A stretch of DNA of 64,000 nt from an uncultured Gemmatimonadales bacterium (GCA_963728915.1 CAVSLV010000001.1:832001-896000); one strand, 5' to 3'. Positions 43,880-54,517 are shown, counted from the stretch's first letter. The notes: a model not told the origin generated them from the sequence alone. Made by a program: numbers and translations.

Positions 43880-45713
43880 CCGCCGCAGAAATCCCCGAAA
43901 CGCTCCAGCGCAAGCTCGACGCCCTTCCCACCGGGCCCGGGGTGTATTTGTGGAGGGATCGGCAGGGCCAGGTCCTGTACGTCGGGAAAGCCGCGAACCT
44001 CCGGAGCCGGGTCCGCAACTACTTCGGTGCGGATTTCGAGGCCGGCGGCGGTCCCAAGGATCGCCTGCTGCGCCGGCTCATCGCTGATCTGGACACCATC
44101 GTGGTGGAGCGGGAGAGTCAATCGCTGCTGCTCGAGAACAACCTGATCAAGGAGTACCAGCCGCGATTCAATGTTCGCCTCAAGGATGACAAGAGCTATC
44201 CCTCGATCGCGGTCACGCTGAAGGAGCCGTTTCCACGAGTCCTGGTCACCCGGCGCCGGGATATTCCCGGCGCCCGCTATTTCGGCCCTTACACCGACGT
44301 CGGAGAGATGCGGCGCGCGCTCGCGCTGGTCCGGAGAATCTTCACGGTGCGAAGCTGCGACGATGACCTCCCGGCCCAGCGCCGCGACCGGCCCTGCCTC
44401 GATTTTCACATCGGACGATGCTTGGCGCCCTGCGTCGGCTGGCAGGAGCAGCCGGCCTATCGCGCCATGATCGACGAGGTGGTCGCCTTCCTCGAAGGAC
44501 ACACGGTGGATGTGCGGAGCCGGGTCCGCGAGATGATGCGGGAAGCGAGCGAAGGAGAGGACTACGAACGCGCCCGCGACCTGCGGGACACCCTCCGCTG
44601 GCTCGATGAGATCGACCGACCCGCGGCGGTGGAGACCATCGGGACCGGCGATGCCGACGTGATCGGGTACGCCAGAGACGGCGACGATGCGGTCGGGGTG
44701 CTGTTCCGGATCCGTGAGGGGAAGGTGACCGACCGGGAGCACCGCTTTCTGGAGAATGTCGAGGGGGAATCCGACGCGGACATTCTGGAGGCGTTCCTGG
44801 TGCGATACTATGTCCCGCTGAACGACCGGGCCCCTCGCGTCATTCTTCCCTTCGCTCCCTCCGAAGTCGGTCAGATGGAGGCGCTGCTGCCCGAATCCGC
44901 TCTTGCCTGCCCACCCGTGGCACCGCCCGGCGCTGGCTCGAGCTGGCCGACCGGAATGCCCAGCACTTGATGGAGACCCTGCGGCTCGAGTCCTTCGAAG
45001 CGGAAGAGCGCTCCGGCGATCCGGTCTATGCCCTGGGGCGCGACCTGGGGCTCGCCGCGGTGCCCCGGACGATGGTGTGCGTGGACATCTCGACCAACCA
45101 GGGCCGCGATACGGTCGGCTCCCTGGTCGCGTTCGAAGCGGGCCGTCCCCGCAAGAGCGAATACCGGAAGTTCCGGATCAAGGGGGTCGGCCAGCAGGAC
45201 GACTTCGCGGCGATCCATGAAGTGGTGACCCGATACCTGACCCGGCGGGGCCAGGAAGGGAAGCCCCTTCCGGATCTCATGGTGATCGATGGCGGAAAAG
45301 GCCAATTGAGCGCCGCGATGGCGGCGGCGCAGGAAGCCGGCGTTGTCGATCTCCAGCTCGTCTCGCTGGCCAAGCGCGATGAAGAGATCTTTCTGCCCGG
45401 GCACCCGGAGCCGCTCAGGCTCTCCCGCCGGAGCCCGTCGTTGCGACTGCTTCAGCGGATTCGCGACGAGGCGCATCGCTTCGGGTTAGCCTATAACCGG
45501 AATCGCCGGCGGGCCCGCACCATCACGTCCGCGCTGCTGGAAATCCCCGGGATCGGCGCCGAGCGGCGACGCCGTCTCCTGGAACGGTTCGGAAGCCTGG
45601 CCGGAGTGCGATCCGCCTCTCCCGCCGAAATCGCCTCGGTCCCGGGACTCTCCGAGACCATGGCGACCCGCATTCTGGAGCACCTGAACTCGAATCTCGC
45701 GAACAAGAACTGA
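43876..45713 (+). CDS. uvrC: Excinuclease ABC subunit C, apparent frameshift at ~44900-44912
   Basis: GIY-YIG (PGVYLW..LYVGKA.NLRSRV), KDDKSYP, RYFGPY and UVR; second frame has CVDIS, IDGGKGQL, RDEAHRF and HhH IPGIG. Confidence 0.92.
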
Positions 45714-45721
45714 GGCCTCTC

Positions 45722-46891
45722 ATGGACTGGATGCTCGAATGTGTGAGTTGCGGGACCACCGCCAGGCCCGACGGGCGGGAGACCGTCTGCGCCTGTGGAC
45801 AACCGTGGCTGGTGCGGTACCCGTCGCGCCAGGCCGGGGAACGGACCCGTTCGGGAAGTCCCGACGCCCGGGGAATGTGGCGATTCCGGAAGTTTCTTCC
45901 TCTCGGGCCCGGCGAGGAGCCGGTCACCCTGGGCGAAGGCGACACACCCCTCCTGCCGATCCCCAGAATGGCGCAACAGCTCGGGCTGCCCAATGCGCTC
46001 CTCAAGGAGGAAGGGGTCAATCCCACCGGGAGCTTCAAGGCTCGGGGGCTTTCAGCCGCCATAACCCGCGCCGTCCTGGCCGGGGTCCGGGCCTTCACGC
46101 TGCCGACCGCGGGAAACGCCGGGGTCGCCGCCGCGGCGTACGGAGCCCGTGCCGGAGTCCCGGTCCGGGTGTATGCGCCTCGCAGCACCCCACCGACCCT
46201 CCTGGGTCAGATCGTCGTATTCGGCGGCGATCTTCATCTGATCGACGGTCACATCGGGGACGCCGGCCGGGCCAGCCGGAAATACGGGGAGGAGTCGGGG
46301 GCGTTCGATCTCTCCACCCTGCGGGAGCCCTACCGGATCGAAGGAAAGAAGACGCTCGGCCTCGAGCTGGCCGAACAGTTCGACTGGCAACTTCCCGACG
46401 CGATTCTGTACCCGACCGGCGGAGGCACCGGTTTGATCGGAATGTGGAAGGCATTTCTCGAGCTGCGGGAGGCCGGCTGGGTCTCAAACACGACCCCGCT
46501 CCCCCGCATGTTCACCGTCCAGGCGAGCGGCTGCGCCCCGATCGTGAAAGCGTTCGACGGCGGGCGAGACTCGGCCGAGCCCTGGACCGACCCCCGAACC
46601 TCCGCGAGCGGCTTGCGAGTGCCGGGCCCCCTGGGAGACCGGCTGATCCTGCGCGCGTTACGGGAAAGCGGGGGCGGGGCGGTCGCGGTGGACGACGCCG
46701 AGCTTCAGCATGCGGCCGCCGAGGGAACCCGCCTCGAAGGAGTCGATTTCTCCCCCGAGGGCGGCGCCATACTGGCCGCCGCGAAGCTCCTGGTCCAGCG
46801 GGGTGTGCTGAGACGGAACGATCGGGTCGTCCTGTTCAACACCGGGGCGGGGTGGCTGTACCGCTCCCCTTCCGAATTGCCCGGGAGGTGA
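45722..46891 (+). CDS. thrC: Threonine synthase (PLP, fold type II)
   Basis: LGEGDTPL, NPTGSFKARG, TAGNAG, EPYRIEGKKT, YPTGGGTG and FNTG. Confidence 0.82.
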   Translation: MDWMLECVSCGTTARPDGRETVCACGQPWLVRYPSRQAGERTRSGSPDARGMWRFRKFLPLGPGEEPVTLGEGDTPLLPIPRMAQQLGLPNALLKEEGVNPTGSFKARGLSAAITRAVLAGVRAFTLPTAGNAGVAAAAYGARAGVPVRVYAPRSTPPTLLGQIVVFGGDLHLIDGHIGDAGRASRKYGEESGAFDLSTLREPYRIEGKKTLGLELAEQFDWQLPDAILYPTGGGTGLIGMWKAFLELREAGWVSNTTPLPRMFTVQASGCAPIVKAFDGGRDSAEPWTDPRTSASGLRVPGPLGDRLILRALRESGGGAVAVDDAELQHAAAEGTRLEGVDFSPEGGAILAAAKLLVQRGVLRRNDRVVLFNTGAGWLYRSPSELPGR

Positions 46892-46952
46892 TTCCCGGCG
46901 ATATTTCCACTTCTGGTCCAAGACCTTTTTTGACGGATTCTCAAGGAGCAGC

Positions 46953-48635
46953 ATGATGAGGGGCATTCCGATCCTCGTCCTCGGCGCCGCGTTTGCGGGT
47001 TGGGCGAATCTCACACCACTGGCGGCCCAGGGGGGTGGAATCAACCAGCGACTCGCCCAGGGACAACCGGCCAAATTCGTCCAGGGCCTCTGCCCCCTGC
47101 GGCTCGGCAACAAGAAGCTCGAAGCGGGGTACAACTCGCTCAAGAAAGCCTATGACGCCAAGACCCCCGACGAACGGTCCAGCCTCCTGAACGACGCCCG
47201 CCAGAATCTGGTGGCCGCGATCACGACCGAAGGCCAGGGGACCAACGGAGCGTCGTGGTACTACCTGGCCCGCACCGCGCTCATGCGGGGCGATCCGGTC
47301 GAAGCGGATTCCGCCTTTACCAAGGCGCAGGAGCTCGTCCCCGCCTGTGAAATCGACATCTCGACCCACCGGCAGAACAGCTGGGCCATCCTCGGGAAAG
47401 CCGGGATCGACGCTCAGCAGGCCGGCCAGAGCGACAGCGCCCTCGCCCTCTTCTACGATGCGAACTACCTCTTCCGCGGCTTGCCCCATGTCTATTCGAA
47501 CATCGGGGTGATCTACGCCAACTCCGGCAGGAGCGACAGCGCCGCGGTGTACTTCGAGAAGGCACTGGCCCTTGCGGAGTCCGATTCGAGCCTGATGGAT
47601 CAACGCAATGGGGCGGCCCAGAATCTCGCGTTGATGCAGATCCGCACCCAACAGTTCCCCCAGGCCATCCAGACGCTCCAGAAGTCGCGACGCTGGTACA
47701 TCGAGGAGAGCAAGACCAAACAGACCCGGGTCGACTCGCTCCAGAAGGTTCAGCCCCAGACGCCGGCGATCGCCCAGGAGATCGAGAACCTGAAAAATGA
47801 CATCTCGACCGCCCAGACCAGTCTCACCGATACCGAGAAGACCCTGGCGCTCACCTTCCGCAGCCAGGGCATGGCGGACAGTGCGGAAGCGATGGAGCAC
47901 TCCGTGGTCGACAAGTTCTCCGCGATGAACCTCGATTCGCTGGAAACCGGCGACCTTCTCACCGTCGGGGTCGCCCACTTCAATGCCGGGCGATACGATC
48001 AGGCGAAGGCGGCCTTCGGGAAGGCGGTGCAGCGAAACGGCTGGAGCCGGGATGCGCGCTACAACCTCGCGATCACTTACCTCGCCGAATCCCGCAAGGC
48101 GCGAGATTCGACCGAAGCGCTCAAGAAAGCCGCCCGGGCGACTCGCAACCCCACCGCGGCCATGAAGGCTCAGTTCGCCGACACGCTCAAGCTGGATGCG
48201 GCGCTGGCGGAGGAGTATGGCGCGCTGGAAAAGGAGGGAACCCACCTCGTGGAAATCGACCCGATGAACGAGGACGCATTGCGGCTCCTGGCCCAGGCCC
48301 AGCGAGGGCTCAAGGAGGAGCAGGCGTCATACAAGACCGCGGAGCGCTTGGTCGGGCTCCCATTCTCGGTGGAGATCACCGGGTTCCAGATGGGCTCGAC
48401 CAAGGCGCACCTTACCGCGCAGGCGACCGGGCGGAATCCGATGGATGCGGAGGGGAAGCCGATCAAGCCTTCCGCGATGACGCTGGTGTTCGAGTTCCTC
48501 GATGCCCAGGGCACCGTGTTGGACACCCAGACCGCGCAAGTCCCAGTGCTGACCGCAGGGCAGCAGCAGCCGATCGACCTGGACGCCAAGGGCGCCAATA
48601 TCGTCGCCTGGAGGTATCGGCCCAAATCGAGCTAG
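46953..48635 (+). CDS. Secreted TPR-repeat protein with C-terminal FxLYD-like domain
   Basis: Signal peptide; TPR-like helices (WYYLAR, YSNIGVIY, RYNLAITY); C-terminal FEFLDAQGTVLDT. AAGGAG RBS. Confidence 0.75.
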   Translation: MMRGIPILVLGAAFAGWANLTPLAAQGGGINQRLAQGQPAKFVQGLCPLRLGNKKLEAGYNSLKKAYDAKTPDERSSLLNDARQNLVAAITTEGQGTNGASWYYLARTALMRGDPVEADSAFTKAQELVPACEIDISTHRQNSWAILGKAGIDAQQAGQSDSALALFYDANYLFRGLPHVYSNIGVIYANSGRSDSAAVYFEKALALAESDSSLMDQRNGAAQNLALMQIRTQQFPQAIQTLQKSRRWYIEESKTKQTRVDSLQKVQPQTPAIAQEIENLKNDISTAQTSLTDTEKTLALTFRSQGMADSAEAMEHSVVDKFSAMNLDSLETGDLLTVGVAHFNAGRYDQAKAAFGKAVQRNGWSRDARYNLAITYLAESRKARDSTEALKKAARATRNPTAAMKAQFADTLKLDAALAEEYGALEKEGTHLVEIDPMNEDALRLLAQAQRGLKEEQASYKTAERLVGLPFSVEITGFQMGSTKAHLTAQATGRNPMDAEGKPIKPSAMTLVFEFLDAQGTVLDTQTAQVPVLTAGQQQPIDLDAKGANIVAWRYRPKSS

Positions 48636-48678
48636 TTGACCGGGCAGGGGCCGGTTGCGATTTTTCCGCTCGAAACCC

Positions 48679-48750
<72 letters not shown>

Positions 48751-48760
48751 TTCCTCGGAG

Positions 48761-48849
48761 GGTCGGTGGGGTCGGAGAGGTCGGTGGGAGCGGAGCTTCC
48801 GACCTCACTGACCTCTCCGACCGCTCCGACCGCTCCGACCCCACCGACC
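48761..48849. repeat. Inverted array of 9-bp units (GGTCGGWGR x3-4 facing NNWCCGACC-like x6) forming a long hairpin
   Basis: 48761-48777 is the exact reverse complement of 48833-48849; 48770-48787 also pairs with 48805-48822 (two G-U pairs). Confidence 0.85.
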
Positions 48850-48853
48850 GCCC

Positions 48854-50149
48854 GTGATCGCCGTCATCGGCGCAGGAAGCTCCGGGCTGGTGGCCGCGAA
48901 GAACTTCCTCGCCGAAGGGTTTGCGGTCCAGGTCTTCGAGCAGGAAAAAGACCTCGGCGGGAACTGGAACTATGGTACTCCAGTCGCCCGGGTCTACCGC
49001 TCCACCCACACGATCTCTTCCAAACCGGGGACCGAGTACCCCGACTTCCCGATGCCTGGGGAGTTTCCGGACTATCCCCACCACTCCCAGATCCTCGCAT
49101 ACCTGCGGAGCTACGCCGAGCGATTCCGTTTGTTCGATCACATCCGGTTTCGGACCCAGGTCGACCGACTGCTTCCCATCGATGAGCGGGATCCCGCCAC
49201 CCCATGGGAGATTCGGCTTGCCGACGGCTCGGCCCATCGGTTCGACGCGGTGGTCATCGCCAACGGCCATCACACCGCTCCGCGATTTCCCGAGTATCCG
49301 GGCCGTTTTGCCGGAACCACGATCCACTCGGCGGAGTACCGATCGCCCGACATCTTCCCGGGAAAACGGGTCCTGGTCATCGGGGGAGGGAACAGCGGTT
49401 GCGACATCGTGGTGGAGGCGGCCCAGTTCGCCGACCACGCCTGGCACAGCACCCGGCGCGGGTACTGGTACATGCCCAAGTACGTGCTCGGCCACCCCGC
49501 CGACCAGGTGGCCGACCTGATGCTCGCCCTGCGGGTGCCCCTCGCGTTACGGCGCGCCAGCGCCACGCTCCTGCATCGCGTTCTGGTAGGATCCTCCCGA
49601 CGCACCGGCCTGCCCAGGCCCGACCATCGGCTCTTCGAGACCCATCCCGTGGTGAACTCACTCCTCCCCTACTACGTGGGCCAGGGCGACATCACCCCGA
49701 TGCCCGACATCGCCCGGTTCGATGGCCAATCAGTTCACTTCATCGATGGCCGGTCCATTACGGCGGATCTGATCGTCTTTGCCACCGGGTATCGACTGGA
49801 GTTCCCCTTCATCGAGGAGCGGCTGCTGAACTGGCAGAACGGGCACCCCGGGTTCTATCTCCACGTGTTCCATCCAGTGTTCGACAACCTGTTCATGGCC
49901 GGTCTCATTCAGCCCGACAGCGGCCAGTTCGGCCTGGTCCACTGGCAAACGTCCGCCGCCGCCCGGTTCACCCGGGCCAGACTGGCCTCGGAGGCTGCCG
50001 CTGAACGTCTTCGGCACCGGAAAGCGAACCCGAGTTCCGACCTGGGTGGTGGCGTTCGCTACAAGGATTCCCCCCGACATCACCTCGAGATCGAGCACGC
50101 GAGCTACCAGCGCCGACTGCGCCGGTGGTCCCGCGCGCTGGCTGGCTGA
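48854..50149 (+). CDS. Flavin-containing monooxygenase (class B)
   Basis: GAGSSG (FAD), GGNW, FAGTTIHSAEY (FMO fingerprint), GGGNSG (NADPH) and ATGY. Confidence 0.9.
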   Translation: MIAVIGAGSSGLVAAKNFLAEGFAVQVFEQEKDLGGNWNYGTPVARVYRSTHTISSKPGTEYPDFPMPGEFPDYPHHSQILAYLRSYAERFRLFDHIRFRTQVDRLLPIDERDPATPWEIRLADGSAHRFDAVVIANGHHTAPRFPEYPGRFAGTTIHSAEYRSPDIFPGKRVLVIGGGNSGCDIVVEAAQFADHAWHSTRRGYWYMPKYVLGHPADQVADLMLALRVPLALRRASATLLHRVLVGSSRRTGLPRPDHRLFETHPVVNSLLPYYVGQGDITPMPDIARFDGQSVHFIDGRSITADLIVFATGYRLEFPFIEERLLNWQNGHPGFYLHVFHPVFDNLFMAGLIQPDSGQFGLVHWQTSAAARFTRARLASEAAAERLRHRKANPSSDLGGGVRYKDSPRHHLEIEHASYQRRLRRWSRALAG

Positions 50150-50242
50150 GCAACGAGCCAGACCTAATCTGCCAAACGACGTCACTTCTCAATTGCTAAG
50201 TCTTGAAATTGTAGAAGGATAGAGCGATCTTTCCAGGTTACC

Positions 50243-51520
50243 ATGCTCAAGGTCACCGGAGTCGCCGAAGGCTCAATCGCGGAAGCGATCGGCATCGTGC
50301 CGGGGACCCAGCTCGTTGCGGTCAACGATCACCCCATCGCCGATTTCCTCGACTGGGAGTTCCTCAGTGCCGAGGAGGAGCTCCTGCTCCGGATCCGGCA
50401 GCCCGATGGGGAGGAAGTCGAGGTTGACCTGGAGCGCTCGCTCGCGGAACCGATCGGGGTCGCGGTCGAGCCGCCTCGGATCCGGCGTTGCGCCAATCGG
50501 TGCGACTTCTGCTTCGTCGACGGTCTCCCCGAGGGACTCCGGGACGTCCTCTACATCCGCGATGATGATTACCGGCTCTCGTTCCGGTACGGCAACTTCG
50601 CGACCCTCACCAATCTCAAGCCCGCCGACGTCCGGCGGATCATCGAATACCGGCTCTCACCCCTCTATGTCTCGGTTCACGCCACCGATCCGGTGTTGCG
50701 GCGACGGCTTCTCCGGAACCCGCTCGCGCCGGACATCCTGGAGCAGCTCGGTACCTTCGCCCGCCGCGGGATTCGATTCCATACCCAGATCGTGCTGCAG
50801 CCCGGCGTGAACGACGGCGCGGTCCTCGAGCAGAGCCTAGGCGATCTCGAGAGCCTGGGCGAGGCGGTCCAGAGCGTTTCCGTGGTTCCGGTCGGGCTGA
50901 CCGAGTTCAGCAAGCACGACCGGGTACGCGAAGCAACCGCTGGGGAATGCGCCGCCGCGGCGCATCAAGTGGAGCGCTGGCAGCAACGCGCGCTGGCGCA
51001 TCGCGACCAATACTGGGTTTACGGAGCCGACGAGCTCTACCTCCGCGCCGGACTCGATCTCCCCCCCGAAGAGACCTACGAGGATTTCGAGCAGGTCGAG
51101 AACGGCGTTGGTTCGGTGCGCTATCTCCAAAGGGCGATTCGCCGGCACGCGGGGAAGTTCCAGAAATGGATGGGAAGCCGCGTGGGGGTGGTGACCGGGA
51201 CGTCCATGGGGGCCTTGATGCCGCTGGTGCTCGAGCCCCTGGTGCAGGCTGCCGGGGCCCGGTTCGAGCTGATCGTCGTGCCGAATGGACTGTTCGGCCC
51301 ACGGGTCTCCACCGCAGGGCTGCTCCCGGGCGCCTCGATTGCGGCGGTCCTCGCGGAGCGCCCCGACCTCGACCTGGCCTTGATTCCCGGGGAATCGCTC
51401 AACGAGCAGGGTTTGTTCATCGATGGGATGCGGTGGGAAGGGCTGACCCTGGCACTGCCGTATCCGGTTCATCCCAGCAAGGACTTCGTCGATGCGCTCG
51501 ACCTGCCGGGCGCCGCATGA
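50243..51520 (+). CDS. DUF512 family PDZ + radical-SAM-like Fe-S protein
   Basis: N-terminal PDZ-like GSIAEAIGI, CANRCDFC (CxxxCxxC), RDDDYRLSF..GNF.TLTN and QVENGVG. Confidence 0.88.
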   Translation: MLKVTGVAEGSIAEAIGIVPGTQLVAVNDHPIADFLDWEFLSAEEELLLRIRQPDGEEVEVDLERSLAEPIGVAVEPPRIRRCANRCDFCFVDGLPEGLRDVLYIRDDDYRLSFRYGNFATLTNLKPADVRRIIEYRLSPLYVSVHATDPVLRRRLLRNPLAPDILEQLGTFARRGIRFHTQIVLQPGVNDGAVLEQSLGDLESLGEAVQSVSVVPVGLTEFSKHDRVREATAGECAAAAHQVERWQQRALAHRDQYWVYGADELYLRAGLDLPPEETYEDFEQVENGVGSVRYLQRAIRRHAGKFQKWMGSRVGVVTGTSMGALMPLVLEPLVQAAGARFELIVVPNGLFGPRVSTAGLLPGASIAAVLAERPDLDLALIPGESLNEQGLFIDGMRWEGLTLALPYPVHPSKDFVDALDLPGAA

Positions 51521-52914
51521 CCCGCGCAACGGTTGCCATCGTCGGACGTCCCAACGTCGGCAAGTCCACCCTGTTCAACCGCATCCTGGGCGGCCGCCCG
51601 GCGATCGTCTCGGAACAGGCCGGCACGACGCGCGATCGCCACTTCGGTGACGCCGAGTGGGCCGGTCGGCACTTCTGGCTGGTGGACACCGGGGGATTGG
51701 TGCCCGATTCCTCCGAGTCGATGGATCGCGCGATCAGGCGGCAGGTCGAGCTCGCCCTCGAGGAATCCGACCTGATCCTGTTCGTGGTCGACGCCAAGGA
51801 GGGGGTACACCCGGTCGACCGGGCGGTCGCCGAGCGCCTCCGGCGAGCCAATCGACCCGTTCTCCTCGCGGTGAACAAGGTGGAGTCACCCTCCGACGAG
51901 CTGGCCGCCCAGGATTTCCACGGCCTCGGATTCGGAGACCTCCAGATTGTCTCGGCGTCGGTCGGGACCCGAAGCGGTGACCTCCTCGATCGGATCGTCG
52001 CCAATCTGCCTCTGCCATCGCCGACCGAAACCGACCCGGCCATCTGTATCGCGATCGTCGGCCGACCCAACGCCGGGAAGTCTTCCCTGGCCAACAAGCT
52101 CCTGGGTGAGGAGCGCTATGTGGTGCACCCGATCGCCGGCACCACCCGGGACGCCGTGGATTCGGTGCTCCGCTATCAAGGACAAACTCTCCGGTTCATC
52201 GATACCGCCGGCCTCAGGCGGCGCGCCAGAGTCGACGAGGACGTGGAGTTCTATGCCACGCTCCGTACCGAGCGGGCGATCGACGCCGCCGATGTCTGCG
52301 TTCTGGTCGTGGACGCCGCGCTCGGGCTCCACAATCAGGATTTGCGAATCGCCACGACAGCCTGGGACAAGGGAGCAGGACTGATCATCGCCGTCAACAA
52401 GTGGGACCTGATCGACGAGAAAGATCCCAACACCGCTCGCCGGGGAGAGCAGATTCTCAAGAAGAAGGCGCCGTTCCTCGATTTCGTCCCGTTCCTCTAC
52501 GTCTCCGCCCTGACCGGGCAGCGGGTGCGCAAGCTTTTCGAACTGATTCTGGAGGTGGCCCAGGCCCGGCAACAGCGGATTGGCACCGCGGAAGTGAACC
52601 GGGTGCTCGAGGACCTGGTCCAGCGTCAGCAGCCGCCCCAGAAGGCCGGCGAAGAAGTGAAGCTGCTCTACGGTTCCCAGATCGGCACGGCACCGCCGGC
52701 ATTCGCCATCGTCTCCAACCGCCCCGATTCCGTCCCCGAATCCTATCAGCGCTACCTCCTCAACGGCTTTCGGAGCGCGTGGGCGTTCACCGGCGCGCCG
52801 GTGCGCCTCAAGCTCTCGGCACGAGGCAGGAAACGGGGAGGACGGGCCGGGAAGGGCAGGGGAGAAAGCGACGACGGCCGGCGTCCCACCGGGCGGAGCG
52901 CCCGCCGGCCATGA
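51517..52914 (+). CDS. der: Ribosome biogenesis GTPase Der (EngA)
   Basis: Two GTPase domains: GRPNVGKST/DTGG/NKVE and GRPNAGKSS/DTAG/NKWD. Confidence 0.95.
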   Translation: MTRATVAIVGRPNVGKSTLFNRILGGRPAIVSEQAGTTRDRHFGDAEWAGRHFWLVDTGGLVPDSSESMDRAIRRQVELALEESDLILFVVDAKEGVHPVDRAVAERLRRANRPVLLAVNKVESPSDELAAQDFHGLGFGDLQIVSASVGTRSGDLLDRIVANLPLPSPTETDPAICIAIVGRPNAGKSSLANKLLGEERYVVHPIAGTTRDAVDSVLRYQGQTLRFIDTAGLRRRARVDEDVEFYATLRTERAIDAADVCVLVVDAALGLHNQDLRIATTAWDKGAGLIIAVNKWDLIDEKDPNTARRGEQILKKKAPFLDFVPFLYVSALTGQRVRKLFELILEVAQARQQRIGTAEVNRVLEDLVQRQQPPQKAGEEVKLLYGSQIGTAPPAFAIVSNRPDSVPESYQRYLLNGFRSAWAFTGAPVRLKLSARGRKRGGRAGKGRGESDDGRRPTGRSARRP

Positions 52915-53522
52915 CGCTGCTGCTCTGGATCGCCGCCTCCTACCTCCTCGGATCGATCCCCACCAGCTACCTGGTGGTGCGCCTGGTCCGGGGCCAGGAC
53001 CTGCGCACGCTGGGAAGCGGAAACCTCGGCGCGACCAATCTCTTTCGCGTGTTAGGATGGCGCTATGCGGTTCCGGTGGCCCTGATCGACGCCGCGAAAG
53101 GGGTGGTCCCAGTGGCGGTCTTCGCGCCCGAGGCCGGGGCGGACCAGCGGGTTGCCCTCCTGCTCGGGATCGCGGCCGTGGTGGGGCACGTCTTTTCCAT
53201 CTTCGTGGGTTTCCGCGGTGGCAAGGGCGTGGCCACCGGCGCCGGCGTGGTCCTCGCGCTCGCTCCCTGGGCCCTCTTGATCGGGCTGGGCACCTGGATC
53301 CTCGTGGTCGCGACGAGCGGATACGTCTCCCTCGCGAGTATGATCGCCGCGCTGATTCTGCCCCTCGCGGTCTATTGGCTGCACCCCGATCGGCGGTCCC
53401 TGATCTGGCTCTTCGGTCTCCTGGCGCTGGGCGTCATCGTCCTCCACCGTGCCAACATCGTTCGACTGGTCAAGGGCACCGAGCACCGGTTCGGTGGGCG
53501 TCACCAGAAGGGGCCCGGCTGA
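52911..53522 (+). CDS. plsY: Glycerol-3-phosphate acyltransferase PlsY
   Basis: YLLGSIP, GSGNLGATN, GGKGVAT and HRANI.RL..GTE. Confidence 0.95.
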   Translation: MTLLLWIAASYLLGSIPTSYLVVRLVRGQDLRTLGSGNLGATNLFRVLGWRYAVPVALIDAAKGVVPVAVFAPEAGADQRVALLLGIAAVVGHVFSIFVGFRGGKGVATGAGVVLALAPWALLIGLGTWILVVATSGYVSLASMIAALILPLAVYWLHPDRRSLIWLFGLLALGVIVLHRANIVRLVKGTEHRFGGRHQKGPG

Positions 53523-54517
53523 TGCGGATCGCGGTCCTCGGTGCAGGTGCCTGGGGCACCGTCCTGGGGCATCATCTGGCCACCCAGGGCCACGAGGTCC
53601 GTCTCTGGGCCCGAAACGCCGGGGTGGCCCGGGTCCTTGCCGAAGAGCACCGCAATCCGGCCTACCTGCCGGGCCGGGCTCTCCATCCCTCGATCTTCGC
53701 CACCACCGATGCTGCCGGAGCGGCTCGGGGGTGTGACATCGTGGTGTGCGCGGTGCCTTCTCAGGGGGTCCGCGCTGCTCTTCAGGCCGCCGCTTCCAGC
53801 CTTGACCAGCAGACGATTGTCGTGAGCGCGAGCAAGGGAATCGAAACCGATTCAATGCTTCGGATGTCCGAAATCTCCGAAGCAGTGCTGAGCCAGCGAC
53901 CGTTCGTGGCATTCAGCGGGCCCAGTTTCGCGCTGGAAGTGCTCGAAGGACAGCCAACCGCGGTGGTGGCGGCTTCCACCTCCGACCTCGCCGCGGAGCG
54001 GGTGCAGGACCTCTTCACCGCGGGACCGCTGCGGGTCTACACCAGCGGCGATGTGATCGGCACCGAGCTCGCGGGAGCATTCAAGAACGTGATCGCGATC
54101 GCAGCCGGAATGTGTGAGGGTCTCGGTCTCGGCAGCAACCCTCGCGCCGCCCTGATCACCCGCGGGCTCGCCGAGCTGGCCCGGCTCGGGGGCGCCCTTG
54201 GCGCCGACCCGATGACCTTCTCGGGCCTGGCGGGCATGGGGGATCTCGTCCTGACCTGTTGCGGGACCCTCTCCCGGAATCGAGCGTTGGGGGTGGCGCT
54301 GGGGCAGGGCCAATCCCTCGAAGGGTATCTCGAATCGCACCGTGTGGTGGTGGAAGGGGTCCCGACGGCAGGGGTGGCCCTGCGCCTCGCGGCGCGGGCC
54401 GGCGTGGAGCTGCCGATCGCCGCGGAGGTGGCCGCCTGCCTGTTCCAGGGGAAACTCCCGAAGCAGGCCATTGCGGAGTTGATGGAGCGAACCCCGAAGC
54501 CGGAACAGTGGACATGA
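53522..54517 (+). CDS. gpsA: NAD(P)H-dependent glycerol-3-phosphate dehydrogenase
   Basis: GAGAWG, SKGIE, SGPSFA, KNVIAIAAG and GMGDLVLTC...SRN. Confidence 0.95.
   Translation: MRIAVLGAGAWGTVLGHHLATQGHEVRLWARNAGVARVLAEEHRNPAYLPGRALHPSIFATTDAAGAARGCDIVVCAVPSQGVRAALQAAASSLDQQTIVVSASKGIETDSMLRMSEISEAVLSQRPFVAFSGPSFALEVLEGQPTAVVAASTSDLAAERVQDLFTAGPLRVYTSGDVIGTELAGAFKNVIAIAAGMCEGLGLGSNPRAALITRGLAELARLGGALGADPMTFSGLAGMGDLVLTCCGTLSRNRALGVALGQGQSLEGYLESHRVVVEGVPTAGVALRLAARAGVELPIAAEVAACLFQGKLPKQAIAELMERTPKPEQWT

Noticed and set aside
48761..48849. Repeat array as a CRISPR
   Set aside because: Units are 9 bp, contiguous and inverted, with no unique spacers and no cas genes.
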